From an uncultured archaeon (lineage in GTDB: Archaea > Asgardarchaeota > Lokiarchaeia > Sigyniarchaeales > SOKP01): a stretch of 64,000 nucleotides of DNA. The stretch lies in contig CAYLZE010000001.1 of the NCBI GenBank assembly GCA_964388035.1, forward strand, positions 31,225 to 95,224, given 5' to 3'. Below the pieces are notes generated by a model. It was not told where the DNA came from. It was given only the letters and a program-made list of their open reading frames with translations, and made no database searches. Position 1 is the first letter of the stretch. Each line of letters starts with the position of its first letter. A program made the position numbers and the translations under genes. Positions 41,886-52,198 of the stretch are shown piece by piece.

Positions 41886-42998
41886 TCAAAAGAAAAATTG
41901 CTCCACTAAATTATCGACAGGTTTGAAAATTCTTAAATCTCCATTCCAATTTTCAAGAATCCCGTGGTATATATCTTCGAATTCTCTTATAAATTTTTGC
42001 AATAATATTCGCATTGAAAGTAAAAACTCATCACATATTATAATCACCAATACATTAATTGAAGGACAGATGGCCAAGGTTTTTTTCTCTTTCTTGATGA
42101 GAATAATGTCCTTTTCGGCAGTTATTTCTTCCAAAAGGAATTGAATCATGGTGACCCATCCAGAAATAATATTTACATTCACTTCGCTGTCTTTTGGACT
42201 GAAATATTTTTCATATAAAAACAATCCCGAATCTTTCACGATATATAAACATTGAATTTTCTCTTTCCAATGGTATTCTGTAAATTCGGGTAAAATTAAT
42301 AAACAAATTGAGAAGAAGATAAGACTAATTAATTGTAAAATATCGCCTGCTAAACGGATATTGATCCCAGCTAAATTTACTATCTCTTCTACTGTTAAAT
42401 GATAACCAATTACTAGAAGAAAAAAGTTCACGACTAACAGCAGATAGGGGATCCTGTATTTTTCAAAACCTTTTTTAAAATAGAAATTTTTCGCAGTTTG
42501 TATGAAGTACATGAGCACGAATAGAATAAAAATGATCCAAAGAGCATGTAAGAATATTAAGGAAAGAGAGAATGATATGAATAGGAAAATTACATACATT
42601 AATTCTGCAAGAAAAAATATTGTACTAAAAACGTATTTTCGATAAAAATAGCTTCTTTTTTCCAATCGGAAAATGAAAAATAACACCCCCGTCATTAACA
42701 TGAGATTTCCAATGTTAATGATAACATCCCTCCAGAAAGTTGAATAAATATAATAATCTCCAATAATATTAAAGATCCAACTGAAAGAATACCCCAAGAA
42801 AATACTTAAAAAAGCTTCATACTGTAAAAACCCGCTTTTACCTCTATTTGTTTTTATCTTTTTTGAAAAAATTAGCGCCAATTCTAGAGGAATAAACACG
42901 AGAATCCATTCCAAATTTATTAAATAATATCGTAACTCCCCCGTTATTGGATATATAACAGAAAACATGAAAGCTGATATTAATTGAACGATTATCAT
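41886..42998 (-). CDS. 7-TM membrane domain fused to C-terminal longin-like domain
   Basis: About seven TM segments, then LYIVKDSGLFLY...IISGW...WNGDLRIF, which resembles ORFs 4345 and 36769. Confidence 0.65.
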   Translation of the reverse strand: MIIVQLISAFMFSVIYPITGELRYYLINLEWILVFIPLELALIFSKKIKTNRGKSGFLQYEAFLSIFLGYSFSWIFNIIGDYYIYSTFWRDVIINIGNLMLMTGVLFFIFRLEKRSYFYRKYVFSTIFFLAELMYVIFLFISFSLSLIFLHALWIIFILFVLMYFIQTAKNFYFKKGFEKYRIPYLLLVVNFFLLVIGYHLTVEEIVNLAGINIRLAGDILQLISLIFFSICLLILPEFTEYHWKEKIQCLYIVKDSGLFLYEKYFSPKDSEVNVNIISGWVTMIQFLLEEITAEKDIILIKKEKKTLAICPSINVLVIIICDEFLLSMRILLQKFIREFEDIYHGILENWNGDLRIFKPVDNLVEQFFF

Positions 42999-43016
42999 AA
43001 TAACTTTTTTCTATTG

Positions 43017-44159
43017 TTATTCTAATAATGGAATAATGAATTTATTAAAATATGTGAAAAAAATTGATTTATCGCCAATAAGGTTGGTTAAATGAGTGAA
43101 AATTGTTTCATAAGTCGATACAAATTTCTCTATGATCATTTGTAAAAAATAATGAATACTTTTCATGTCTTTTTGTATCATTAATAGAAAAATAATGGAA
43201 TGAGATCCTATATCAGTATATTCCAATAAAATAGTCACATCCCCGTGAGCAATGATATTTATCTTCTTAGATGCAGAATTTGTTATATTGGCAAAAATTT
43301 TTTCAATGCCCTTAATCCCCCCTAAAGCAATTAGCATTTTGGAATCATTATGTGGTTCTATTAATGTATCGGCATTTGAGTTTTCAAAATAGGAACGAAA
43401 ATCAAAATGAAATAACAATTCAAAATTTTCTTCATTAAAAATGTAAAGGGTTATTAAGTTCTTTCTCCACTCGAACTCTAAAAATGCTGGAAAATCATAA
43501 ATTCCCAAAATAACGATAATTAATCCTAAAATTTGTAAAAACATCAAGATCACCAAATATGGTTCATGGTAAATAACAGAGATAAAATTAAGCACTTCTT
43601 CACTTCCTATTAAGAGAGTTAACAAAAAAATGACCTCCCCGGCCATAATATAAAGCAAGCGGCGTTTGATATTCCCATAAGTTAATTTAATTAATCTTAA
43701 GTTAAAAAATACGATATATATTAATCCCACTGCGTCTGCACTAAAAATTAAAATACTTCTAATAAAAATATCATGACTAATAAAAATCATGAAGCTAAAA
43801 AATATATTTAATAGAATTAATGATTTAGAAATTTTGATATTTAATACTTGATTGAAATCTTTCGAGGATACTATTATTTGAAATAGCAAAGTTCCTATAA
43901 TAAGGATCACGTGTGAAATATCATCCAAAGGGTCTTTTATACTAACATCGGTTAGATAATAACTGTTTATCGTCCGTAGAAAAACGCCTGTGAATCCAAA
44001 TGCATATAATAATCCGAAGGCAAGTAATATTTTGTTCAATCCCAGATTTTTATCTTTATATTTAAAATAGGTGTATATAAAATAAATTGCAACTTGCCAA
44101 CTGATAATGTATGCAATGATTATTCCGGGTAACTGGGCTTCTACTAAAAGTATTAACAT
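43017..44159 (-). CDS. 7-TM membrane domain fused to C-terminal longin-like domain
   Basis: About seven TM segments; junction FPAFLEFEWR matches LPEFTEYHWK of its neighbour; then LYIFNEENFELLF...GGIKGI...IGDKSIF. Confidence 0.62.
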   Translation of the reverse strand: MLILLVEAQLPGIIIAYIISWQVAIYFIYTYFKYKDKNLGLNKILLAFGLLYAFGFTGVFLRTINSYYLTDVSIKDPLDDISHVILIIGTLLFQIIVSSKDFNQVLNIKISKSLILLNIFFSFMIFISHDIFIRSILIFSADAVGLIYIVFFNLRLIKLTYGNIKRRLLYIMAGEVIFLLTLLIGSEEVLNFISVIYHEPYLVILMFLQILGLIIVILGIYDFPAFLEFEWRKNLITLYIFNEENFELLFHFDFRSYFENSNADTLIEPHNDSKMLIALGGIKGIEKIFANITNSASKKINIIAHGDVTILLEYTDIGSHSIIFLLMIQKDMKSIHYFLQMIIEKFVSTYETIFTHLTNLIGDKSIFFTYFNKFIIPLLE

Positions 44160-44360
44160 TGATACTATATTATTTTTCTCTATTTAAATTAAGAATTCCT
44201 TCCTTAAAATATATATTTAAGGACTTGTCCTATCATCCTATTATTTGTAGAACATCTTAAAATTGAAGGTGGAAAGCAATAATTTTTAGTTAATTTTATT
44301 ATTTATCTTTTCAAGTTTTAATATATTATAAATATCGTAAATTATACTTAGGAAAGAGAA

Positions 44361-47249
44361 ATGGCTCCAGAATTAACAGATAAAATTGGATTTTATTCGG
44401 GCAATAAAAAATTGGACACCTCCCATCTTGAAGAACCTGAGAACGATACGGAAGAGGTTCGGGAAAGATGGTTAGGTGGTAAAAAAGAGATAAAATTTCA
44501 AAGAAAATTAAAGAGATGGAAAGATAAGATTTCTAAGACGTTAAAGTTTGAAGACTTAACCATCCACATGGTGGGAGAGTCACACATTGATGTGGCATGG
44601 ATGTGGCCATTCATCCAAACCAGAAAAAAAGCACAAAGGACCTTCCAAAAGGCCATTTTACATTCCCACATGTTTCCCGAAACCTTTCATTTTGCCTTGA
44701 GCGAACCTATTCTTTTAGAATGGATCAAACAAGATAATCCCGAATTATTTAGAAATATTCAAGAAACGGTAAAGAAAGGGAATATAGAATTGGTGGGCGG
44801 TTCTTATGTCGAACCGGATTGTCAAATGCCTTCTGGAGAAGCGATTATCCGGCAGAGATTGTATGGTATGCGCTTTTTTAAAGATAATTTCGGTATTTTA
44901 CCAAAAGTTGAATGGTTTTTAGATTCTTTCGGATATAATCACGGATTACCTCAGATATTAATAAAGTCAGGAGCGAAATATTTCTGGACAACAAAAATAA
45001 CTTGGAATAGAATCACCACTTTTCCATTCGTTCATTTTTGGTGGCAAGGACCTGATGGAACGCGCATATTAACCGCAAATTTCAACATGGGAGATAATTC
45101 TTTGGAGAGTTGGGATAAGTATGAAGTAGGACGTCATCTCTTAAAAGAAGGTGGGAAAAAAGCATGGAATTATACGGACGATTATAGTGAGTATGAAAAC
45201 CACATTGATAGAAATTTAGCTTGTCCTCATGCTGGTTATTTCTTTGGAGAAGGGGATGGAGGGCACGGTCCTACGCATAAAGAAGTCGCCATGGCAAACA
45301 AATTGGCAGAACTACCTACTTTTAAATGGAGTACCGTGGAAACCTTCTTTACCTCCATTGAGAAATATGCGGATAAATTTCCAATCTGGCAAGACGAAAT
45401 GTATTTGGAAACCCACAGAGGATGCTTTTCGAACCATGCAGTAGTTAAAAGGCAAAATCGTAAATTTGAAAATCTGATTGGATCTTTGGAAATATTGGCG
45501 TTAATCGCTGCATTAGAAAATGAAACATGCGAATATCCAATGCCTCAGCTTGAAAAGCTCTGGAAAATAACATTAAAAAATCAATTCCATGATACTCTTC
45601 CTGGAAGTTCCATTCCAGAAGTGTATGACGAAGTATGGGAAGATTGGATGGAACAAGATAACATCATTTCTAAAATAAAAAAGAATATTTCCTCTGCTTT
45701 AACATTCCAAGAAAAGGATGCTAAAAACAATGATATGGCCCACGTATTCCTTTTTAATTCACTCTCATGGAAAAGAAAAGCCAGAATTTTTATTCCTATT
45801 ACGATCTTCAACGTGCTCCCTGAACTTGATTCTGAAGGAAAACCTCCTTATGCTAAAATCGAAACATGTAACTCGGAAAAAAAAATAGAAATTTGCCAAC
45901 CTATTTCCAAAGAATCGGATGATCTAATTGGTAATAGACCTGCGGGATGGTGGACCATTTTAGATTTGAACCCCCTAGCTTACGTCATAGCAAAAGTAAC
46001 CTTATTGGAGGGGGAACAAGCAAATGAACTTACATCGAACTCCAAGTTGAATGTAACTCAAGACGCAATTTCTAATAATCTAATACAATTAAAAATAAAC
46101 CCAAAAAATGGAGCAATGAATGAAATCACGAGCAATGGGATTAATCAAAATCGGAATTTGATAAAAGGTGATTCATCAAATCTTAGTCTTGGATTTTTGG
46201 ATGATGTTCAAGTAGGATTTCATGCTTGGAATATAAAAGATGAGTATTGGCAGTATCCCATTCCCCTATCAAACGAGCAGGACGTTAATATCAAAATAAG
46301 TGAACAAGGTCCGATTTTTAATACGATCATGATATCTAAGACTCTAGGAGTAAGTCCCGTCAGTCAAACCATCACGCTTTTCAAGGAAAAACCGGAAATA
46401 TTTTTTGAATACATGGCAGATTGGAAACAAAAAGATATAATGTTAAAAATCTTATATTCAACCGCAACGAATGCCGAGCATGTGCATGCAGACAGCATGT
46501 TTTGTGCTTTACAGTCAAAAACAAATCCTGAAGTCCCCTGCGATAAAGCAAGATATGAAAAAATATGCCATAAATATTTTGACTTGAGCACCCCGGATAA
46601 TTCTTGGGGAATTGCTTTATTAAACGAAGGAAAATATGCCTTTGACGTGAATGGAGGAGATTTTAGACTGACATTGTTACGAGCCTGCAGATACCCCGTG
46701 ACTGCTCCAGAAGCATGGTCGAATATTGAACGCGAGATGAACATGAAAAAGTTCAATCATCAAGTACCGGAGTATAGCGGATTGGGTCCCTTTAGATGTA
46801 GGTATGCCTTGCTTCCCCACGAAGCGGGTACATTAAAGTTTGCCGACGGAAGACCCAATGTAGTGGTTAAAAGAAGTGCAGAAGAATTCAATAATCCCGT
46901 GATGGTAATACCAGTACAAAATACCACCAAAACTCAAAATAACACTTCCTTTCTCAATAAAAGCCTTTTAGAAATTCTTAATGAAAACGTAATGCTCAGT
47001 GCTTTAAAATTCAAGGAATGGAATAATAATAACTCCCTCATCGCGCGATTCTATGAGGTTTCTGGAATCCCTACTAATGTTAAAGTAAAACTAAATTCCT
47101 CCTTATTCAAACAAATTGAAAGAATTATATCCGTAGATTTAATTGAAAGGGAAGAAGATAACAAGTTTGAATGGGATGAAGAGATCGGAATGTTGTCCTT
47201 TTATGTCAATAAATTTGAGATTCGCACGTTTGAATTTAAACTGGCTTAG
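44361..47249 (+). CDS. Alpha-mannosidase, glycoside hydrolase family 38
   Basis: SHIDVAWMWP, VGGSYVEPD, LDSFG, GDGGHGP, EMYLETHRG, NQFHDTLPGS. Confidence 0.95.
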   Translation: MAPELTDKIGFYSGNKKLDTSHLEEPENDTEEVRERWLGGKKEIKFQRKLKRWKDKISKTLKFEDLTIHMVGESHIDVAWMWPFIQTRKKAQRTFQKAILHSHMFPETFHFALSEPILLEWIKQDNPELFRNIQETVKKGNIELVGGSYVEPDCQMPSGEAIIRQRLYGMRFFKDNFGILPKVEWFLDSFGYNHGLPQILIKSGAKYFWTTKITWNRITTFPFVHFWWQGPDGTRILTANFNMGDNSLESWDKYEVGRHLLKEGGKKAWNYTDDYSEYENHIDRNLACPHAGYFFGEGDGGHGPTHKEVAMANKLAELPTFKWSTVETFFTSIEKYADKFPIWQDEMYLETHRGCFSNHAVVKRQNRKFENLIGSLEILALIAALENETCEYPMPQLEKLWKITLKNQFHDTLPGSSIPEVYDEVWEDWMEQDNIISKIKKNISSALTFQEKDAKNNDMAHVFLFNSLSWKRKARIFIPITIFNVLPELDSEGKPPYAKIETCNSEKKIEICQPISKESDDLIGNRPAGWWTILDLNPLAYVIAKVTLLEGEQANELTSNSKLNVTQDAISNNLIQLKINPKNGAMNEITSNGINQNRNLIKGDSSNLSLGFLDDVQVGFHAWNIKDEYWQYPIPLSNEQDVNIKISEQGPIFNTIMISKTLGVSPVSQTITLFKEKPEIFFEYMADWKQKDIMLKILYSTATNAEHVHADSMFCALQSKTNPEVPCDKARYEKICHKYFDLSTPDNSWGIALLNEGKYAFDVNGGDFRLTLLRACRYPVTAPEAWSNIEREMNMKKFNHQVPEYSGLGPFRCRYALLPHEAGTLKFADGRPNVVVKRSAEEFNNPVMVIPVQNTTKTQNNTSFLNKSLLEILNENVMLSALKFKEWNNNNSLIARFYEVSGIPTNVKVKLNSSLFKQIERIISVDLIEREEDNKFEWDEEIGMLSFYVNKFEIRTFEFKLA

Positions 47250-47517
47250 CTTTTTTTTTCTAATTTTAATTGTATAAATAATTAGATCACTTTTTTCATT
47301 TTTCTGAACATGCTCAATGAAAATATTGTAAACGAATTCAAAAAGTTCATTCTTACACGTAGATATGAAATCAAAATCAAGATATATTAGTGGAAATGTT
47401 TTTATCTGTGGAAAAAAAACTATGCGGGGTGATAAGATAAAAGTAAAATATTGCCGGAATTCCAATAATGGGAAAAACACTAAAAAAAATAAAAAAAAGT
47501 AAATGCTGATTAATATT

Positions 47518-48918
47518 TTAAAGACCTAATTCTTTAATCTTTGCTTTTAATTCTTGACTTTTCTCAGGAGTTAAGCCATACCATTTCCAAAAGATGATGA
47601 TGCCGATAGCGAAAAATATCGCAGGAATCAAAGCGAAATGAAGTTGAATGCCGAAGACTGCGAGTGGAGTTTGTTGAACGTCAGGTACTGGATTAAACCC
47701 AGTAAGGGTATGGACCGTGGCAAAAATCACGGACTGAGCTACTAATGAAAAACGCAAGATAAAAGTCCTGAATCCGGTAAAGGAAGCTTCTATATGCCTA
47801 TTATTAACGACAACGGCTTCATCAAGGGCATCCCCCGCTAAAGGTACTAACCCTACTTTAAATCCCGTCATGCCCACTCCCAAGAAAATAGCAAGGAATA
47901 AAAAGAGCCCTAACACTGATATAAGCCCGATTGGAACCAAAAATGCCAAATTGACAATGCACGCAATTGCTAATAACTTTTTGTTGTTGTTCATTCTTTG
48001 GGACAACTTTAACCAGATAGGAATTGACGCTATTGAGCCGATGATGTATAATAGCATTAATATCATCAGCATATCTGCTGATTGTCCCAAGACATATACG
48101 ATAACGTAATTAAGAGAAGCCATTAAGCAGGCCGATGCAATATCGCTCATGAGGTATATAACCATTAAAACAACGTAGTTCTTCTGTCTAAATACTCTTT
48201 TAGCTGTATCAATAAATCCAATGTTTTCTACCTGTTTCACTTCTCCCCCCTCGAGATAGTTTTCTCTCATCCATTTAGGTTCTCGTATACCTGGGATAAA
48301 AAGGGCAAAAAGAACAAGTAATATCGCGATCATAACAAGCGCCATTGATGCGAATGATGATCTATCACCATATATGATGATCATGGGAGGAATAAGTGCG
48401 CCAACAACCGTCCCTAGTAAACTAAAAAGATTTAAATAGCCAGATACTCTTCTCCGATCTTGCTGGGAACGAAATTTATCCGGAAATAATGCTGCTTGGC
48501 TACATGCTACTACAGAAAAGAAAGTGTCGCATAAGCAAGTCGAAAACACTAACCATCCAAAAAGCAACATCGCGTCTGTTACAGCGCTTACGTTAGGTGG
48601 TGAAAAAATTAAGTAAATGCACAATAGCCAAGGAACGGTAAATAAAAGCATATACGGAAATCTCTTTCCCCATTTTTTCCATAGACGATTTGGTTTATCA
48701 ATCAAAAATCCTACTAGCGGATCGTTAATTGCGTTGACTATAGCGTAGATGGCATATCCCAATGCTACTAACCATACAGCAAGTCCAACTTCCACTTCCC
48801 AAAAGTAATAGAGATATGTTCCGATGATGAAAAAATAGGCTTCAAATGACATGTTAGCGATTGAATAGGAAGCAATCGTTCTTGTGGATTGTTTAACTTC
48901 TACATTTTGCTCCATCAT
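47518..48918 (-). CDS. MFS transporter, GPH family (close paralog of 18419-19834)
   Basis: NAINDPLVGFLIDK...WGKRFP; shares SDIASACLMASLNY and AVFGIQLHFALIPA with the paralog. Confidence 0.9.
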   Translation of the reverse strand: MMEQNVEVKQSTRTIASYSIANMSFEAYFFIIGTYLYYFWEVEVGLAVWLVALGYAIYAIVNAINDPLVGFLIDKPNRLWKKWGKRFPYMLLFTVPWLLCIYLIFSPPNVSAVTDAMLLFGWLVFSTCLCDTFFSVVACSQAALFPDKFRSQQDRRRVSGYLNLFSLLGTVVGALIPPMIIIYGDRSSFASMALVMIAILLVLFALFIPGIREPKWMRENYLEGGEVKQVENIGFIDTAKRVFRQKNYVVLMVIYLMSDIASACLMASLNYVIVYVLGQSADMLMILMLLYIIGSIASIPIWLKLSQRMNNNKKLLAIACIVNLAFLVPIGLISVLGLFLFLAIFLGVGMTGFKVGLVPLAGDALDEAVVVNNRHIEASFTGFRTFILRFSLVAQSVIFATVHTLTGFNPVPDVQQTPLAVFGIQLHFALIPAIFFAIGIIIFWKWYGLTPEKSQELKAKIKELGL

Positions 48919-49026
48919 GAAAAATTTTCCTCGATTATTTTATTTAAAAAATCCCCTATTTCTTTTTTCTTAATTTTTTTTTGACAAAGTTGATTAACAT
49001 AAAAAATTTTTCTTGATATATAAAGA

Positions 49027-49046
49027 TTTGCCATGGTTATGACAAA
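49027..49046. promoter_or_regulatory. Palindromic operator copy
   Basis: aTTTGCCAT-ggtt-ATGACAAAt, directly upstream of TTTATATA on the - strand, before an MFS gene. Confidence 0.75.
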
Positions 49047-49579
49047 TAAATCTTTAAAGAAGAAAAATTAAATCTCTCTCAAATTTGTTACCTATCACAA
49101 TATTAGGTCTCTTTAATCATTGCTAATTTTATTTATATTAGGTATTTTCATTAAATGAAATTTTTAAGATGGTTTCTCAAGAAACACCTCCCTTTATAAT
49201 CGATGAGAAAATGCATAAAAAAGGGTTTAAAATCGTCCTTGATTTCCTCCTAAGTTGCAATTTCCCTATTATAATTATGCTTGGAAAATCAAACGAGTTT
49301 GCTAATACTGATAGGGATGAAAGGGTTAAAGCCCTAGCAAAATAATTTGCTTTTCAATTTTAACTATAAAATTTTGTAAAATTTAAGATATGAAATACAC
49401 ACTTTACAGATCGGTCTTGGAACAAACTTGTTTAAAGTATAATTAAAAAGAGAACCGTGATTAATAAAATAAAGTCTAAAAAAAATAGTGCTGTTCATTT
49501 AGAGAATCACTCTTCTATCAAAAAAAAAAACCTAATTTTCTTAGAGTTTTTATTTTTTCGATCAATTAATTTATTTAAT

Positions 49580-50797
49580 ATGAATGATTGGACTTCTTTT
49601 AAGCGAATAGAAGCTGTATTTAATAAAGAAATACCCGATCGGGTACCTAAATATGAGGGGTCCATCGAAATCAAGGATTTAAACCCTACAGCAGATGGTC
49701 AAAGGAGCGGTTCCGCTATCCTCTTTTTCTCACCAGAGATTATAGCAAGCTTTCATGGCAATCCTGCATTTCTTTCTTCCCTGGAAAGCTTAATTACTGA
49801 TCCACGAAGTTTACGACGTTTTACGGGAGGATCAGTAAAAAAAAGAACGAGATTGCATAAGCAATTTAACTATGACATGTTTCTTACAGAACCGGGGGTG
49901 CCGATGGTATTTAATAAGATTCTTTTTAAAGATTTCCATTGCGAGGAAAATAATAGAGTGGTCAGAGACTCCAATGAACGCCTCATATGGCGTACAAGCC
50001 CCGATGGAGCCCATACTAGACATGGGTTCATGCAAAACATTGAGGATTGGGATAAATACATGGATTTTAACGCAGATCATCCCGCGAATTGGACTCTAGT
50101 TCAATCAACTATGAAAGAATGTAGAAAATTAGATATAGTTCCCGTGTTCTTGGCTTATGGTTGCGCGTTTTTTGAAGAATTGTGTGGAATATTCGGATTT
50201 GAAATGTTATTTAGATTGCTAATCAAACATAAGGATTTCATTCATAAAATAGTTCAACAGATGAGTGACTTTTCCATCAAAGTCGGAGAGAGAATCATAG
50301 AAGAAGGAGGAGAATATCTCTACATGACTAATGATATTGGATTAAAAGAAAAGAGCATGATCTCTCCTAAAATGTTCAATGAATTTTTCAAACAAGGGAT
50401 TAAGAAGTTTTGCGAAAAAATACATAAAGCTGGGGGTAAAATCTTGATGCATTCATGTGGATATGTAATGGAAATGTTACCCCACTTCATTGAATGTGGG
50501 ATTGATGCTTTACATCCAATTGAACAAGCTGCGGGAAATGATATCGTTGAAATAAAGGAAAAATATGGAAATGATTTAGTCATCGTGGGAAATGTACCAA
50601 TTCCCTTACTAACCCAGGGTACGCCTCAAGAGACTCGTCATTACGTTAAGTTTCTTTTGAAAAACATTTCTAAGAATGGCGGACATATCATTTCCTCCTC
50701 TCATTCTATAACGCAATGGTGTAAGTTAGAAAATTTTCTAGCTTATCATGATGCATTAGCGGATCATGGAACTTATCCGATTGATTTTTTAATGTAA
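49580..50797 (+). CDS. Uroporphyrinogen decarboxylase family (MtaA/CmuA-like) protein
   Basis: PDRVP, NDIG...MISP..F, HSCG, GIDALHPIE, GGHIISSSHS. ATG 49580 preferred over GTG 49457. Confidence 0.85.
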   Translation: MNDWTSFKRIEAVFNKEIPDRVPKYEGSIEIKDLNPTADGQRSGSAILFFSPEIIASFHGNPAFLSSLESLITDPRSLRRFTGGSVKKRTRLHKQFNYDMFLTEPGVPMVFNKILFKDFHCEENNRVVRDSNERLIWRTSPDGAHTRHGFMQNIEDWDKYMDFNADHPANWTLVQSTMKECRKLDIVPVFLAYGCAFFEELCGIFGFEMLFRLLIKHKDFIHKIVQQMSDFSIKVGERIIEEGGEYLYMTNDIGLKEKSMISPKMFNEFFKQGIKKFCEKIHKAGGKILMHSCGYVMEMLPHFIECGIDALHPIEQAAGNDIVEIKEKYGNDLVIVGNVPIPLLTQGTPQETRHYVKFLLKNISKNGGHIISSSHSITQWCKLENFLAYHDALADHGTYPIDFLM

Positions 50798-51200
50798 AGG
50801 ATTGGTCATTTTTCTTAAATCCCTAATATATGCTCTATATTACTTTTCTTAAACGCGAGACTATTTAGATTGATCTCTATGAATTTTCAACTTTTTCCTT
50901 TATTTAAGAGATTTAAAAAGATCGAAGACAAGTCAATAATTCTCAGCAATTTTGGGTTTAATTTCATTTTCTCTTCTTTTTAATATTTGAACATTAAAAA
51001 TTTTAGCCTATGTTGGTAAAATTAAAAAATCTTTAATGGTTGATTAAGAAACACAAGTGGCATTTTCTCTTGACAAAAATGTGTACTCTGTTAAAGAAAT
51101 ATTATGTGATAATTTGCTTTTAATCAAGTTTTTATATTAAAAGTTATTTCTAAATTTCATGAATTATATTAGGTTATATAAAAAAGAGGGGTAAACTCTG

Positions 51201-51938
51201 ATGGGAATCGAAGATTTAGCCTATGAAGATGTATTATATGGAAGTCTAAGCTTGATTTTAGTTATTATCTCATTGATCGTGGGTATAAGAATACTCTCCA
51301 AGTATTTTACTTATAAGAAGTTTACACTCATTACGGTGGGATTATCTTGGGTATTCATTACTTCTGCTTGGTGGGTCTCTTCCAGTACCTTCGTACTAAT
51401 AGCGCTTTTTGATTATAGATATAGTCCTTTCATGTATCTCTTGATTGAAAATGCATTCAGTCCGATCGCAGTCGTGTTATGGATCTATTCCTTTACAGCT
51501 ATTATTTATCCTCAATATACCAAGATATTCACGACGATTTATTTCATCATATCTTTAGCATTCGAAATTGCGCTAATTATTATGCTGAATATTAATACCG
51601 ATTTGATTGGTACGGGAATTGAGGAAGGTATCTTTACTTCCCAATTGACCCCATTTGCCGTTTCTTTTCAAATTTTTGGATTAATAACCTTAACAATCAC
51701 GGGGTTAGTGTTCTCATATGACTCTCTAAAAGCCAATGATATCTTGATTAAATGGAAAGGAAGGTTCTTACTCGCAGCATTTTTATCTTTCGTGATAGGA
51801 TCTATATTAGAAGCCTTATTTTTGTTAGACCCGCTTTCATTAATATTAGTTAGAATTCTGTTGATTTCATCGAGTATTGAATTTTACTTCGGATTCTTTT
51901 TGCCAAAACGATTAAAGGACTACTTAATGCAAGAATAA
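51201..51938 (+). CDS. Stand-alone ~7-TM membrane protein
   Basis: Seven hydrophobic segments, KWKGRFL, ends GFFLPKRL; similar layout to 34532-35278. Confidence 0.72.
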   Translation: MGIEDLAYEDVLYGSLSLILVIISLIVGIRILSKYFTYKKFTLITVGLSWVFITSAWWVSSSTFVLIALFDYRYSPFMYLLIENAFSPIAVVLWIYSFTAIIYPQYTKIFTTIYFIISLAFEIALIIMLNINTDLIGTGIEEGIFTSQLTPFAVSFQIFGLITLTITGLVFSYDSLKANDILIKWKGRFLLAAFLSFVIGSILEALFLLDPLSLILVRILLISSSIEFYFGFFLPKRLKDYLMQE

Positions 51939-52198
51939 CCTTAAATTTTCATCTTTTTTTTCTTTCTTTTTGAGAACAATTCTAAATTAAGTTATTAAAA
52001 TATTTAAACAACCTTTTTACATTAAGGATAAAAGAGATTTATGCTTACGCTTCATTTTCTTTTATATATTAATCCTTTAGGGAAAAAAGGGCATAAAATC
52101 TTTAAAATACTTTCATTCATCTTTTCTACAGAAGTTAAACACAGTTTCTTTGTTATCTTTATAAATATGAAATTATTCAGAAAATTTCAATGACTTTC

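Noticed and set aside
49169-49345. 58-aa ORF faintly resembling a flavodoxin C-terminus
   Set aside because: Too short and the similarity too weak to support without a search.
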